Notes under the pieces: model-generated
What the model was told of the DNA's origin: nothing
Databases searched by the model: none
Seen by the model: only the letters and a program-made list of their open reading frames with translations
Shown here: piece by piece, positions 25,901 to 35,467 of the stretch
How positions within the stretch are numbered: position 1 is the first letter of the stretch
Layout: each line of letters begins with the position of its first letter
IMG/VR virus record: IMGVR_UViG_3300017971_000268
Reading direction: 5' to 3' (one strand)
DNA from: an uncultured virus (IMG/VR IMGVR_UViG_3300017971_000268)
Taxonomy: Duplodnaviria; Heunggongvirae; Uroviricota; Caudoviricetes
DNA: 64,000 nucleotides
Made by a program: the position numbers and the translations under genes

Positions 25901-28722
25901 ATGAAAAAGGCGAATTGAAAATATCAAAAGTTACGAATGTTTTTAATAATGGCATTCAAGATTGTATTAAATTAAAATGGCAAAGTAGTGGTTCTGGAGA
26001 TATTGGAGAATTAGTATTAACACCAAATCATTTAGTAAAACACAAATATAAAGGGTGGATTCGTGCTGATTCATTAAATCGATATGATAAGATTTTTCAT
26101 TTAAGAAAGTCCTTACAGAAAAATGGTAGAATTAGATTATATGGGACTAACAAGTTTATGAAATTTGAGGAGCAAGTTATAAAGGAAGAATATTTTAAAG
26201 CTCCATCTAGTTTATTAATTCATCATAAAGATGAAAATCCGTCAAATAATAAAATTTCAAATTTTGAAATTTTATCTAATTCAAAACATTCAAAATTACA
26301 CTCTATAAAATTGGTAAAAGAGGGAAGAATTAAATGGGATCATTTAGATAAGTATAGAGATAAGATAAAACGAAGAACTGGTAAAAACCATTATTATTGG
26401 AAAGAATTTAATAAAGAAGATCTTATCCAAATGTTAGAAAATGCTAATGGAGTGATATCTAATTTAAAGATTGACAAAGAAACATTTAGAAATAAATGCA
26501 AATTAGTTGGTTTTGATTATAAAAAATATAAATATTTTTATTCTAAAAAAGTTGGATATCTTGATGAGAAAAAAATTGTTAATGTTTTATATAAATTTGA
26601 AAAAGAATCCAATTCATTTGATAAATGTGCAAGGTACTTAGGAATAGGTAGATCTAAACTTAAAGAGTTATGTGACTATTACGGTATTTCTACAAATCAT
26701 ATGATTTTATCTGTAACACCTTTTGGAAAATGCAAAGTATATGATCTAGAAGTAGAAGAACACCACAATTTCATTGCTAATGAAATTTGTGTTCATAATT
26801 GTCTTTCCCCACCTATTCAAACCATCCCTAGAAAGAACAAGATTAGAAACATGATTGTTCCCAGAGATGGAGGAAAGCTTGTTGTTGCAGACTTATCTCA
26901 AATAGAATTAAGAATCTTGGCAATGATTAGTGGTGATCAAAGAATGATAAACGCTTTTGAAAGTGGTGTTGATTTTCATACTGCAACAGCTTGCAGTATG
27001 TTTAGAATAAATCCTAATGAATTTGATAAAAATAATTCTAAACATAATGAATTTAGAAGTGTTGCAAAATGTGTTCATCCATCATCTTTAATTATTTATA
27101 ATCTTGAAATAAAAAGAATGTGTGATATTGTTAAGAATAGTAAAGAAGATTCTTTTGAAAAAATACAAGGACATATTTGGAACGGTAAAAATATTGTTGA
27201 TTTAAAAAACACATATAAATCTAACAAAGGTAAGAGAATATTAATTTCTGCTCACAAGTCTATTTTAGTGTGTTCTGAAAATCATCAAGTACAGTTAAAA
27301 GATGGTTCGTTAAAAAAGGCAAAAGATATTAAAGAGAAAGATGTTTTATGTGATGTATCCTTTCCTGATTTAGTGTCAATGCCACAAAGTATTAAGATAA
27401 ATCCTTTTAATGGAGAAGATGAACAAGGATTAACATTATGGTTAGATGAAAAATGGGCATATTTAGCTGGCGTATATACAGGAGATGGGTGCTATGCTGA
27501 AAAACATATTAGTATTTCTACTGGAAGTGAAAGCAAACACGAAGATTGGAAGGATGTTTTAATAAAAGCTTTTGATGATGTCGGAATTTATGCTAAAAAA
27601 AGAGATTCTCATTTTGATAAAAAAAGAAATAGAAATAGTAAAAGTAGTTCTGTGTACGTTGGTTCAACTAGAACAAGAAGATTTTTTGATAAACTTGAAC
27701 TGACAAAAGAGGGTGAAGGAAAAACATTAAGAGTTCCTCTGTGGGTGTTAAATAATTATGATAATTGTTGGGCATTCCTTGGTGGATTATTGGATACTGA
27801 TGGAACAGTTACAACTGATCCATTAAGTAGAACATTGTCTATTACAACAAAGTCTTGGGAGTTAATGCAGGATTTAACAGTATTGTTAAACAGATTAGGA
27901 ATTGAATACGGAATAGAAAATACTTTCAATAAAACATATAAAAGATATTATTTTAGAGTGCAGATTTATGCACGAAATACTGAAGAGATTTTTAATAGAA
28001 AGATAATGCGTTGTCCATACAAAGTTGAAAGATTAAAGAAAAAAGTAGAGACCCTTAAAAACAGAAGAAGATCTAACCATAACAAAGATAATTTTGTTAA
28101 AAGAATTGAAGTATTAGATGAGGGAGATTTATTTGATATTGAAGTTGATTCTAAAGATCATCTTTATTGGGTAAATGGTATAGTAACTCACAACACAATA
28201 AACTTCGGAATAGCTTACGGAAGAGGTGCTTATTCTATCGTTGTTGAGTTAAGAGACTTCTATGGTATTGATATTACTCAAGATGAGGCAAGTAACTTTA
28301 TTAACACTTTTTATGGGACGTATAAAGATGTTAAAAGATGGATGATAGAGACAGTTAATTTTGCAAGAACTTATGGATATGTTGAAACAATTTATGGTAG
28401 AAAGAGATTTTTACCTATGATACATAGTTCTAATACAGAAGATAAAGCGAAAGCAGAGAGACAGGCAGTTAATACTATGATTCAATCTTCTGCATCAGAC
28501 GTGAACAACATTGCACTTATTAGAATAGGGAAATGGTTGGACGATAGCAATAAAAAATCTATGCTAATCGGATGTGTTCACGATAGTATTTTAGTAGATA
28601 GCCCAGAGGATGAGGTTGAAGAAGTTTCTGAAAAACTTGTGGAGTGTATGACTAAAGATGTACCACGAATAACTATTCCGCTTAAAGCGGATTTAGATAT
28701 ATTAGACAAATGGGAGAAATGA
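22939..28722 (+). CDS. polA: family-4 UDG fused to family A DNA polymerase, three inteins; spliced product about 860 aa
   Basis: UDG: GEAPG, TNAVK|CRP, TYHPAY; exonuclease: IDLET, NFTFD, YSAMDAD; polymerase: TGRLS, ADLSQIELR, AK|TINFGIAYG, VHDSI. Confidence 0.95.
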   Translation: MQVEEIRAIPQGIRTRPQMLDKVFDNKFCKKCKLYQCAKNPYIEGRGNKNAKLLIIGEAPGKNEDEMGQVFVGSSGKTLQERLNRYDIDYYITNAVKCLDGKSLVKTKEGNKRINWIVKNKWDGEVLSINKDGEFVWKNIYGWHRSLINNRDIYKISIIDGKNNPNGKPNILVTEDHIIITERGEVLAKDLVSGKDKIATGTPYFGGHRSEQLIIGSLMGDAFVSNRNYLEERHSLKQREYLLLKTKLLEYWKPSISKGTIRNNKKSYSYIGYRISSTLFFKQLRKQFYKNGKKIFPEHYVNRLNIFGLAIIFMDDGYGRYYDNNKHSRSEDTFQVEIALGKIDEKSAKNIVNRFKELGYDVYVTNKDIYRLRFKYKKAYKFLKDIAKYVPHSMRYKLPESLRDYPFMESAYKPEKTKTYYSEINVSKVDYSKLSNSKSVYCIDVKDTHNFVTPSGVVHNCRPTDAQSKNRTPRPVEIKCCLPFTMKIIEEIKPKVILTLGRIPMSQILGLNLSMKIMRGHTYYHPELNVTIIPTYHPAYLGRVNDALYYKQFENDLLIANNLAYAPAKRILPPSPISMKDPIEIKEYLESLLNVDAIAIDLETSGTDHINDKITDISFCAKAGEGVHISWDDIIPHFELLSEVMMSDAVKVGQNFTFDIKFLRMAGVDVNNYSFDTLLAEHMLTMSYEKKEVSGLYKLKNMAWKGTPMGGYEEVLGSGGIKKAVKKKEKKKDEDVFQGNLFENPNEKKNEELEKFANVIDVIRKKKLEDSGLEPLEYYSAMDADVTFRLFQRQKPLIDKDFSFPFYEIVMPLSWTLMRVEENGIRLNSDYMNSIKIDNLENMERCKQELFNLAGKEFNLNSTDDLKDLIFNKLKITPSDEFKTKPSKTYPDGQYSTDEKAIAYYSSKNPALNFLIEYRKLYKENSTYIDGFKKFMQEDTWRVHPNYLQHSTATGRLSCISEGTKITMVGEERNIENVKVGDLVYCYDEKGELKISKVTNVFNNGIQDCIKLKWQSSGSGDIGELVLTPNHLVKHKYKGWIRADSLNRYDKIFHLRKSLQKNGRIRLYGTNKFMKFEEQVIKEEYFKAPSSLLIHHKDENPSNNKISNFEILSNSKHSKLHSIKLVKEGRIKWDHLDKYRDKIKRRTGKNHYYWKEFNKEDLIQMLENANGVISNLKIDKETFRNKCKLVGFDYKKYKYFYSKKVGYLDEKKIVNVLYKFEKESNSFDKCARYLGIGRSKLKELCDYYGISTNHMILSVTPFGKCKVYDLEVEEHHNFIANEICVHNCLSPPIQTIPRKNKIRNMIVPRDGGKLVVADLSQIELRILAMISGDQRMINAFESGVDFHTATACSMFRINPNEFDKNNSKHNEFRSVAKCVHPSSLIIYNLEIKRMCDIVKNSKEDSFEKIQGHIWNGKNIVDLKNTYKSNKGKRILISAHKSILVCSENHQVQLKDGSLKKAKDIKEKDVLCDVSFPDLVSMPQSIKINPFNGEDEQGLTLWLDEKWAYLAGVYTGDGCYAEKHISISTGSESKHEDWKDVLIKAFDDVGIYAKKRDSHFDKKRNRNSKSSSVYVGSTRTRRFFDKLELTKEGEGKTLRVPLWVLNNYDNCWAFLGGLLDTDGTVTTDPLSRTLSITTKSWELMQDLTVLLNRLGIEYGIENTFNKTYKRYYFRVQIYARNTEEIFNRKIMRCPYKVERLKKKVETLKNRRRSNHNKDNFVKRIEVLDEGDLFDIEVDSKDHLYWVNGIVTHNTINFGIAYGRGAYSIVVELRDFYGIDITQDEASNFINTFYGTYKDVKRWMIETVNFARTYGYVETIYGRKRFLPMIHSSNTEDKAKAERQAVNTMIQSSASDVNNIALIRIGKWLDDSNKKSMLIGCVHDSILVDSPEDEVEEVSEKLVECMTKDVPRITIPLKADLDILDKWEK
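23230..24318 (+). mobile_element. intein in the UDG domain (LAGLIDADG, 363 aa)
   Basis: K|CLDGKS...VVHN|CRP; GSLMGDA and IFMDDG. Confidence 0.9.
25813..26799 (+). mobile_element. PolA intein (HNH type, 329 aa)
   Basis: S|CISEGT...CVHN|C; IHHKDENPSNNKISNF. Confidence 0.9.
27070..28194 (+). mobile_element. PolA motif-B intein (LAGLIDADG, 375 aa)
   Basis: K|CVHPSS...VTHN|T; VYTGDG and LLDTDG. Confidence 0.9.
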
Positions 28723-28723
28723 T

Positions 28724-29836
28724 ATGGAAATAACATTAGATAAAATGAAATTAAGTACTACATTGTCGTTTTTGGACAAGGTAATCAAGAAAAAAGATGT
28801 AAGTGAGGTTTATAAAAATTGCCAGTTTAAATTTGAAAATAATTCTCTTACTTTGTATGCTTGTGGTGGACAGTATGTAGTTAAATCTAGTTATGGTAGA
28901 ATTGGTGCTACGAACATGAGTTGCCTTGTTGAATATGATGCATTAAATAAATTGATTCCTCTTTTGGATAATGATGAAATAATATTTAAGTTCAATTCGG
29001 ATAATATGGTCATCTTTGATGGTGGAAACGAGTATACTTTTCAATATTTTGTGGAAGGTGATTTTGCTAATATAATCGATAGTTTGAGTTTGCAAGTGAG
29101 TAGTGAGCCTATAGTTGTAATAGATGTTAGTGAACTTGAGAAAATAAATAAATTTGTATATCCTTGTATAGATACTACAAAAAATGCAACTCTTTGTGGG
29201 GTTTTTTATGATGGTAATTTTGTTACTACTGATATAAAAAGTTGTGCAATTTATCATTACGATGAAAAAGAGAGTGATGATACTATATTTATACCAAAGG
29301 ATGGCTTTGATATTATTAGCACTTTATCTGAAAAGGATTTAACATTTTCTTTTCATCATTCGGAAAACATAGTAATAGCACAATCTGAAAATGTTTCTTA
29401 TTTAATTCCTTTAATGTCTGCGAAGTTCCCTAGCTATAAACCTCTTGTTGAGCATGTGAGTAAATATAAAAACCAAGTAAGGATTGATAAAGGAAAATTT
29501 GTAAAATCTTGTAGTAAACTCCTTGCATTCTCAACGTCTATGTTTAGTGCTGTTAATAAAGCAGATTTTGAAATTAATGATATAATTAATATGAAAGCTG
29601 GCTCTGATAGAAAAAGAGCTATAGAAGAATTGGCTCCTATAGAATCTAATAGTAACGGGAAAGTAGGATTTTCTGTTAATGTAGCTCAACTTTTGAGTCA
29701 GGTTTCTAAAATAGATGAATCAGAAATAACACTTAAATATGAAGAGGGATCTAAAAACCCTCTATATTTTTATGGAGATGAAAACAAAATGTACCTTACT
29801 ACGTTACTAGTTGGAGGAGAAGAGAATGGAGAATGA
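28724..29836 (+). CDS. dnaN: beta-type sliding clamp
   Basis: 370 aa; LCGVFY..FVTTD, KFPSYKPLV, GFSVNVAQL, NPLYF in DnaN-like order; directly after the polymerase. Confidence 0.75.
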   Translation: MEITLDKMKLSTTLSFLDKVIKKKDVSEVYKNCQFKFENNSLTLYACGGQYVVKSSYGRIGATNMSCLVEYDALNKLIPLLDNDEIIFKFNSDNMVIFDGGNEYTFQYFVEGDFANIIDSLSLQVSSEPIVVIDVSELEKINKFVYPCIDTTKNATLCGVFYDGNFVTTDIKSCAIYHYDEKESDDTIFIPKDGFDIISTLSEKDLTFSFHHSENIVIAQSENVSYLIPLMSAKFPSYKPLVEHVSKYKNQVRIDKGKFVKSCSKLLAFSTSMFSAVNKADFEINDIINMKAGSDRKRAIEELAPIESNSNGKVGFSVNVAQLLSQVSKIDESEITLKYEEGSKNPLYFYGDENKMYLTTLLVGGEENGE

Positions 29837-31178
29837 TTTACCAGATGTAATAAAAGAAATTAACAAAAGCAAAAAAGCAACAAAGATAACAACACTGACA
29901 AAAGCTAAAGCGGCTCGACTTAAAAAAATGTTTTCTGGTTCTGTATCTGTAGATGCTATTTCAAATGGTGGTTATGCTTATCGAAGAATACATCTGTCTT
30001 TTGGTTCAAAGAGTGCTGGAAAGAATGCTCTCCTTTATCAAATGATGGCATATAATCAAAGACTTTGTAGAGATTGTGGTGGAATTAGAGCAATTTATTG
30101 GGGAGTTAAAGAAGATAGACATTCACTTTTTATGAAATACGTATTAAAAATACCTCAATGTTTGTGTGGAGGTCAAGGAAAAATATTCTTAATTCTTGAT
30201 TATGAAAAATCAATTGATGTTGAGGAACCTAGAAAGGTAGAGGTTGTAGAATGTTTTGACAGGACTACTGGAGAACAGGTTTCTGATGTAGAATATGAAG
30301 ATGCTAATGATAAATACAAAAAGCTATGTGCTAAAGAAAAACTCACAGAGAAACAACAAAAAACACTTGAAGATTTAGAAGTTTGGTTAGATAAGCTTGA
30401 TGTTAAAAAGCAAATCATTGAACAATTGTCTACTGCTGATTATCTTGTTGCGTGTGGGGTTCTTATTGATGAACTTCTAATTGCTGACCCAGAAGATACC
30501 GAAGAAGGTATTGAACATTGTAGAAAGATAATTAAAGAAAGAGGTGTTGACGGGATTATCTGGGATTCAATTCAAGCAGCAATACCTAAATGGGTTAAAG
30601 AGAGAGATGCCGAAGCTGATACAATGGGTAAAGAGGCAAAGCAAAACGCATTATTAATGCGTCATATCTGTAGTTCCTTTGCAGCAAGAGATTTAGAAGA
30701 TGAGATGGAAGCATATAAACCAGGTTTCTTCTTGACAAGTCAAATGAGAAGTTCTATGAGTATGTATGAGCAAGATAGCTATTCTGGAGGACATGGAATA
30801 AAACATCATATAAGTTTTGCTTTAGAGCACAAACGTAATAAATTTTTAAAAGAAGATGGAACTGAAGCGTCTTTTAAAGAACAATTCTACGGGCAAGAAA
30901 TAAGATTACGTGCAGAAAAGAATAAGTTTGGTCCTCCTGGAGATATGTATACTGTCGATTATTATTTCAGAGAATCTGAGCATCATAGTGTTGGAGAGAT
31001 TGATCATACAAAAGAGATAGTTAATTTAGGTATTTCTAAGGGACTTATTGAAAGGGCTGGAGCATATTATAAAACTAAGGGAGAGTCATTTCAGGGGATG
31101 GCAAGACTTACAGAATTCTTTAGAGAGAATCCTGAATTTGTAGGAAACTTGTATGAAGATATACAAGAGAAATTATAA
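29826..31178 (+). CDS. recA: RecA/UvsX recombinase with insertions
   Basis: SGSVSVDAISNGG, GSKSAGKN, IIWDSI, SQMR, SGGHGIKH, KNK, IERAGAYY, FQG. Confidence 0.85.
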   Translation: MENDLPDVIKEINKSKKATKITTLTKAKAARLKKMFSGSVSVDAISNGGYAYRRIHLSFGSKSAGKNALLYQMMAYNQRLCRDCGGIRAIYWGVKEDRHSLFMKYVLKIPQCLCGGQGKIFLILDYEKSIDVEEPRKVEVVECFDRTTGEQVSDVEYEDANDKYKKLCAKEKLTEKQQKTLEDLEVWLDKLDVKKQIIEQLSTADYLVACGVLIDELLIADPEDTEEGIEHCRKIIKERGVDGIIWDSIQAAIPKWVKERDAEADTMGKEAKQNALLMRHICSSFAARDLEDEMEAYKPGFFLTSQMRSSMSMYEQDSYSGGHGIKHHISFALEHKRNKFLKEDGTEASFKEQFYGQEIRLRAEKNKFGPPGDMYTVDYYFRESEHHSVGEIDHTKEIVNLGISKGLIERAGAYYKTKGESFQGMARLTEFFRENPEFVGNLYEDIQEKL

Positions 31179-31657
31179 TGGATAACAAAAAGAGGTCAAA
31201 GAAACGAGAGAATAAAGGAGCATCAAATATAGGTGGAAGAAGTCACCCTAATTCTGGAGCAGTTTGGTATAGAAAAGGAGATTACTCTAACGAGAATTTC
31301 TTAATAGAAGATAAATATACTGATGCTGACTATTACTCTCTTTCTTTATCTGTTTTAAATACTGTCGAAAAACATGCTAATAAGGTTGGTAAAATACCTG
31401 TAGTAAGCATAGGTTTTGAGTCGTATAAGAAAGATTACGCAGTTTTAAGAGAGTGTGATTGCTCTCATATTGTAGATGAAGATATAGAAATTATTGAAAC
31501 CGATAAGAAAAGCAAGAGAATCTACTGTGAAGAACTACAAAAAAAATATGTAAATTGCGAAAATATTTTTCTTTTTAAAGTTAAACTACGTGATAGATTT
31601 TATTATATTTTAATGCTAAATGACTTTGAAGATAACATAGATAAATTTTTTTGTTAG
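31178..31657 (+). CDS. PD-(D/E)xK nuclease, Hjc-like
   Basis: RE...NSGA..KGD...LIEDK. Confidence 0.7.
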   Translation: MDNKKRSKKRENKGASNIGGRSHPNSGAVWYRKGDYSNENFLIEDKYTDADYYSLSLSVLNTVEKHANKVGKIPVVSIGFESYKKDYAVLRECDCSHIVDEDIEIIETDKKSKRIYCEELQKKYVNCENIFLFKVKLRDRFYYILMLNDFEDNIDKFFC

Positions 31658-31666
31658 GAGAGATTC

Positions 31667-32368
31667 ATGGCTAAATGTCCAGAATGTAATGGATCAGGTT
31701 TCATACTAAAGAAAGATAAATACGATGAAGATGTTTGGTCTCCTTGTGAATGCAGAAAGAAAAGAGAAGCAGAAGTTTCTACAGAGATTAAATTTACAGA
31801 GGCTAACATTAGAAAATCATTACGAAGATATACTTTTGAAGACTACCTTAAATACCCGTTTAAAAGAAAAGACAAATTACATAACGCCCCACAAATAAAA
31901 GAATTTCAAAATTATTTAGAGAATCCTTCTGATTTTCTTGATAATTATTCTGTGTTATGGATTTGGGGAACTGATGCTAATGCTGGTCACACAACCCTAG
32001 CATCAATTTTAGGCATTAAATTACTTGAGTTTGGATATAAAGTTAGATTTTTGGAGATACAACACTTGATAGAAGCCTTTACAAAGTTTGATGAAAAAGA
32101 AGTATTTTTTACAGAACTTAAAAAATTTGATATTTATATTATTAATGATGCGTTTGATGTTGATAGGGGTCATGTCGGAGGAAAATATTCTCAGGTTCAT
32201 TTATACCAATTTATTAATGATGCATTAATTGATGGAAAACATTTTATAATGACATCAAACAGGTTAGTTCGTGACATAGACAAAGGTGATTTAAAAGATT
32301 TCGAACAATCGAAAATAATAATATCAAGGTCAGTCAAACAATTAGAGTTTAGAGGTTCTATAGATTGA
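31667..32368 (+). CDS. DnaC/IstB-like helicase loader with degenerate P-loop
   Basis: CPECNGSG...PCEC, YTFEDY, WGTDANAGHTT, IYIINDA, MTSN. Confidence 0.7.
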   Translation: MAKCPECNGSGFILKKDKYDEDVWSPCECRKKREAEVSTEIKFTEANIRKSLRRYTFEDYLKYPFKRKDKLHNAPQIKEFQNYLENPSDFLDNYSVLWIWGTDANAGHTTLASILGIKLLEFGYKVRFLEIQHLIEAFTKFDEKEVFFTELKKFDIYIINDAFDVDRGHVGGKYSQVHLYQFINDALIDGKHFIMTSNRLVRDIDKGDLKDFEQSKIIISRSVKQLEFRGSID

Positions 32369-32685
32369 GTAAAAAAAGGAAGGGAGAAGACAGTAATTTT
32401 GAAAAATCTGTAGATGGATTATCAGCAGAAACTATAGCAACATTAAGATGGAAAGCAAATGAGTTAGGCTGTAGTGTTGGTGAACTCGTGGCAGAAATAT
32501 TTTTCGGTTACATTTGTGAAATGGAAGAAGCAATGTTAAGATTTTTTAAAAGGGCTTTAGAACAAAAATATAAAGAAAGTGATATTAAAGATGTTGCAAT
32601 GTTTACTTTTGGAGCAGACAAGGAAGATGTTGAATTTTTGTTTATGAAAGCTAAAAAAGAAGAATCTAAAAAAAAGAAAAAGTAG
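32365..32685 (+). CDS. RHH/Arc-like protein
   Basis: SVDGLSAETIATLRWKANELGCSVGELVAEI. Confidence 0.5.
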   Translation: MSKKRKGEDSNFEKSVDGLSAETIATLRWKANELGCSVGELVAEIFFGYICEMEEAMLRFFKRALEQKYKESDIKDVAMFTFGADKEDVEFLFMKAKKEESKKKKK

Positions 32686-32916
32686 GTGGTAGTTATGGCT
32701 TATGCGTGTAGTATGAGAGTCGCAGGCATAGAGTTCGATATTTATAATGGGGAAAGAGTAAGTCCTACTTTAACAAAGTGGGATTATTACGTAACCCCAA
32801 GATTGGCTATGCAAATTGACAAGTGGCGCATACAGAATTCTGTTGATAAAATATCTACAAAAGAGCAGATGGAGTTTTTAATCAGTCAAGGCTTTATAAA
32901 AAAATATAGTGAATAA
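32686..32916 (+). CDS. hypothetical protein
   Basis: ORF in operon. Confidence 0.55.
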   Translation: MVVMAYACSMRVAGIEFDIYNGERVSPTLTKWDYYVTPRLAMQIDKWRIQNSVDKISTKEQMEFLISQGFIKKYSE

Positions 32917-32932
32917 GTAGGAGATTCATGTA

Positions 32933-35467
32933 ATGGCGAATCCTTTAAAAGATATCGGAGGAATACCTGTAAATGAAGATAATGAAGCTTTAATCATTAC
33001 CAATGCTATTAAGAACAAAAAGAACAGAGAAATATTTGTTCGACACATTGATTATAGGTTATTCAGAAGAAAAGAATTTCAAACAATGGCGTTTGCTATT
33101 CAAGCTATTGAAACCTCAAATATGGAAATGAATACTGATGCTATTATTTTGAAATCTAAAACTTGTCCTATTAAAAAAATAGTTGATTTTGAATTTATAG
33201 AAACACTTAAAGAAAATTTTCCTGAAGTGCCGGAGTCAAATTTTATAGAACATCTTGTAACACTTCGTACTGATAGTGTCAAAGCTCAAGCATTTGATTT
33301 GGTTCATAAGTCTCTTATTAGATCCTTTATGAATCCTCAAGCTGGAATAAAGGATCTCGAAGTTAGGGTACAGGCATTACAAGATTTAATAACATCTGGA
33401 TACTCTTCAACAGAATGCCAGTTTCTTACTATGAAAGAGGCTGTAGCTGAATATGTATATGATAAAGAGCATGGGGTAAGGAGTAGAACTACTGGTTTCA
33501 GACAATTAGACGAAAAACTTATTCAAGGCTTGAAAGAGGAATGGATTTCAATTATTGCAGGTCTGGCGAACATGGGGAAGACACATACTTTAAACACTCC
33601 TATAATAATGTATGATGGGAGTATTAAAATGATTCAAGATATTGAAGTTGGGGATTTGTTGATGGGCGTTGATTCTCTGCCTAGAAAAGTTACTCGAACA
33701 TGGACGGGTGTAGATGATATTTATACAATAAATCAATGTAAAGGGGATGCATATGAAGTAACTGGTCAACATTTATTATCTTTAAAAAGAAGTTATAATC
33801 AATATTATAAACCAGATAAAAAATTACCTATCAATGAAAGAAGAATAACTCATCCAAAAGGAGAAGTTTTAAATATATCTGTATTAGATTATTTAAAAAA
33901 AGGGAACGGGTGGAAGACTATGTGGAAAGGTTACAAATCAGAGGGATGGGAAATGCCTGAAAGAAAAGTTGAATTGTCTCCTTATTTTTTAGGAATCTGG
34001 TTATCTGATGGAAATAATGATAGTCAATTAATTACAAATCCTGACATTGAAGTTAGAAAATTTTTAAAAGATTATGCTTCATCTTTTAATATGTATTATA
34101 CCGAAAGACAAAAAAAAGATTCTGATTGTTATACTTGTGTTATAAAAAAACGTGGTGAAAATAAAAATATTATAAAAGATTATCTCGAAGATTATAATTT
34201 ATTTAAAAATAAACACATTCCTGATGATTTTAAATATACTTCACGCAAGAAAAGAATGGAACTTTTAAGTGGTTTATTAGATGGTGATGGTTATTTAACA
34301 TACGTAACCTATGAAATTTCAACAAAATATGAACAATTAAAAGATGACATCTTATATTTAGCAAGAAGTTTGGGTTTTTATTCAGTAGCTAAATATGAAA
34401 AAAAGAAAATCAAATCAATTGGTTTTGAGGGTAAATATTGGCGTATAAGAATAGTAGGAGATACGTACCTAATACCGTGTAAAGTTAAAAGAAAAAAAGC
34501 AAAAAAAATAAAAAGGAGAAAAAACTTTTTATTTACAGGATTTAATGTAAAATACAAAGGAAAAGACAAGTTTTATAGTATTTCTCTGGAAGATACTACG
34601 GATCAATTGTATTTATTAGGAGATGGAACTGTAACCCATAATTCTTCCTTTGCTTTGTCTATGATGAATAATTTATCAAACAAAGGAGTTCCTTCCGCAA
34701 ATTTTGCATTAGAGATGCCTAATCAATCTATTATAACAAAGTTACTTGCTTTTAATACAAATCTTACTATTAGAAAGGTAGCTATTGAATGGGATAATTT
34801 AGATGTTATAGAAAAGAAAGTCTATGAACATGAACTTGAAAGACTTGCAAGAAATCAATACATATATTTGAATGATAAACCATCACAAGGATTGTCAGAT
34901 ATTAAAGAACAGACTATGTTACTTCAAGATAAAATAGCAACTGTTGATAAATCTTTTGATGGATATATTGTAATATTAATAGACTTGTTTGGGAAAATAA
35001 AAGAATTTCTTGGAAGTGATAACTTTGCTAGAGATTATGAGCAAAGATGTAATGAAGTTCAGGCTATGACACGGGAACTTGGTGTACATATGTGTTTAGT
35101 AGCACAAATAGTTAGATCAGTAATGCAACGTAAATTTAAACGACCTTCTCTAGCTGATATTAAAAATGCTGGTGCATTAGGAGAGATTGCTGATTTAATT
35201 TTTGGTATTCACCGCCCAAATTATGACCCCGAAGTAGCACTCAAAAGTCAATTAGCATACGGACAAGGTAATGAAGAAATTGAACCAAATCCTGATGAGA
35301 ATTTAGCAGAGATATTAATACTTAAAGGTAGAATGGCACAAGCCAATCAACTTGTAAACTTTTATTTTGATCCTAATACAACACGGTTTAGTCCTATTGA
35401 GGAAGATTATCAGAATGAGCTAAACGCAACTAAATTCGATGATGATGATTGGGATAATCAATTTTGA
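32933..35467 (+). CDS. dnaB: replicative DnaB helicase with intein; spliced product about 490 aa
   Basis: TGFRQLD, AGLANMGK|S, FALEMP, VAQI, RPSLADIKNAGALGEIADLI. Confidence 0.92.
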   Translation: MANPLKDIGGIPVNEDNEALIITNAIKNKKNREIFVRHIDYRLFRRKEFQTMAFAIQAIETSNMEMNTDAIILKSKTCPIKKIVDFEFIETLKENFPEVPESNFIEHLVTLRTDSVKAQAFDLVHKSLIRSFMNPQAGIKDLEVRVQALQDLITSGYSSTECQFLTMKEAVAEYVYDKEHGVRSRTTGFRQLDEKLIQGLKEEWISIIAGLANMGKTHTLNTPIIMYDGSIKMIQDIEVGDLLMGVDSLPRKVTRTWTGVDDIYTINQCKGDAYEVTGQHLLSLKRSYNQYYKPDKKLPINERRITHPKGEVLNISVLDYLKKGNGWKTMWKGYKSEGWEMPERKVELSPYFLGIWLSDGNNDSQLITNPDIEVRKFLKDYASSFNMYYTERQKKDSDCYTCVIKKRGENKNIIKDYLEDYNLFKNKHIPDDFKYTSRKKRMELLSGLLDGDGYLTYVTYEISTKYEQLKDDILYLARSLGFYSVAKYEKKKIKSIGFEGKYWRIRIVGDTYLIPCKVKRKKAKKIKRRKNFLFTGFNVKYKGKDKFYSISLEDTTDQLYLLGDGTVTHNSSFALSMMNNLSNKGVPSANFALEMPNQSIITKLLAFNTNLTIRKVAIEWDNLDVIEKKVYEHELERLARNQYIYLNDKPSQGLSDIKEQTMLLQDKIATVDKSFDGYIVILIDLFGKIKEFLGSDNFARDYEQRCNEVQAMTRELGVHMCLVAQIVRSVMQRKFKRPSLADIKNAGALGEIADLIFGIHRPNYDPEVALKSQLAYGQGNEEIEPNPDENLAEILILKGRMAQANQLVNFYFDPNTTRFSPIEEDYQNELNATKFDDDDWDNQF
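33581..34642 (+). mobile_element. DnaB Walker-A intein (LAGLIDADG, 354 aa, begins with Thr)
   Basis: GK|THTLNTPIIMYDG...VTHN|S; WLSDG and LLDGDG. Confidence 0.88.

Noticed and set aside
29826..31178. Intein in RecA
   Set aside because: Inserts lack intein block A and a terminal (H/G)N-C/S/T junction
32365..32916. TAG readthrough joining two adjacent in-frame ORFs
   Set aside because: The second ORF has its own AGGTGG RBS and ATG; the first ends in a natural poly-Lys tail
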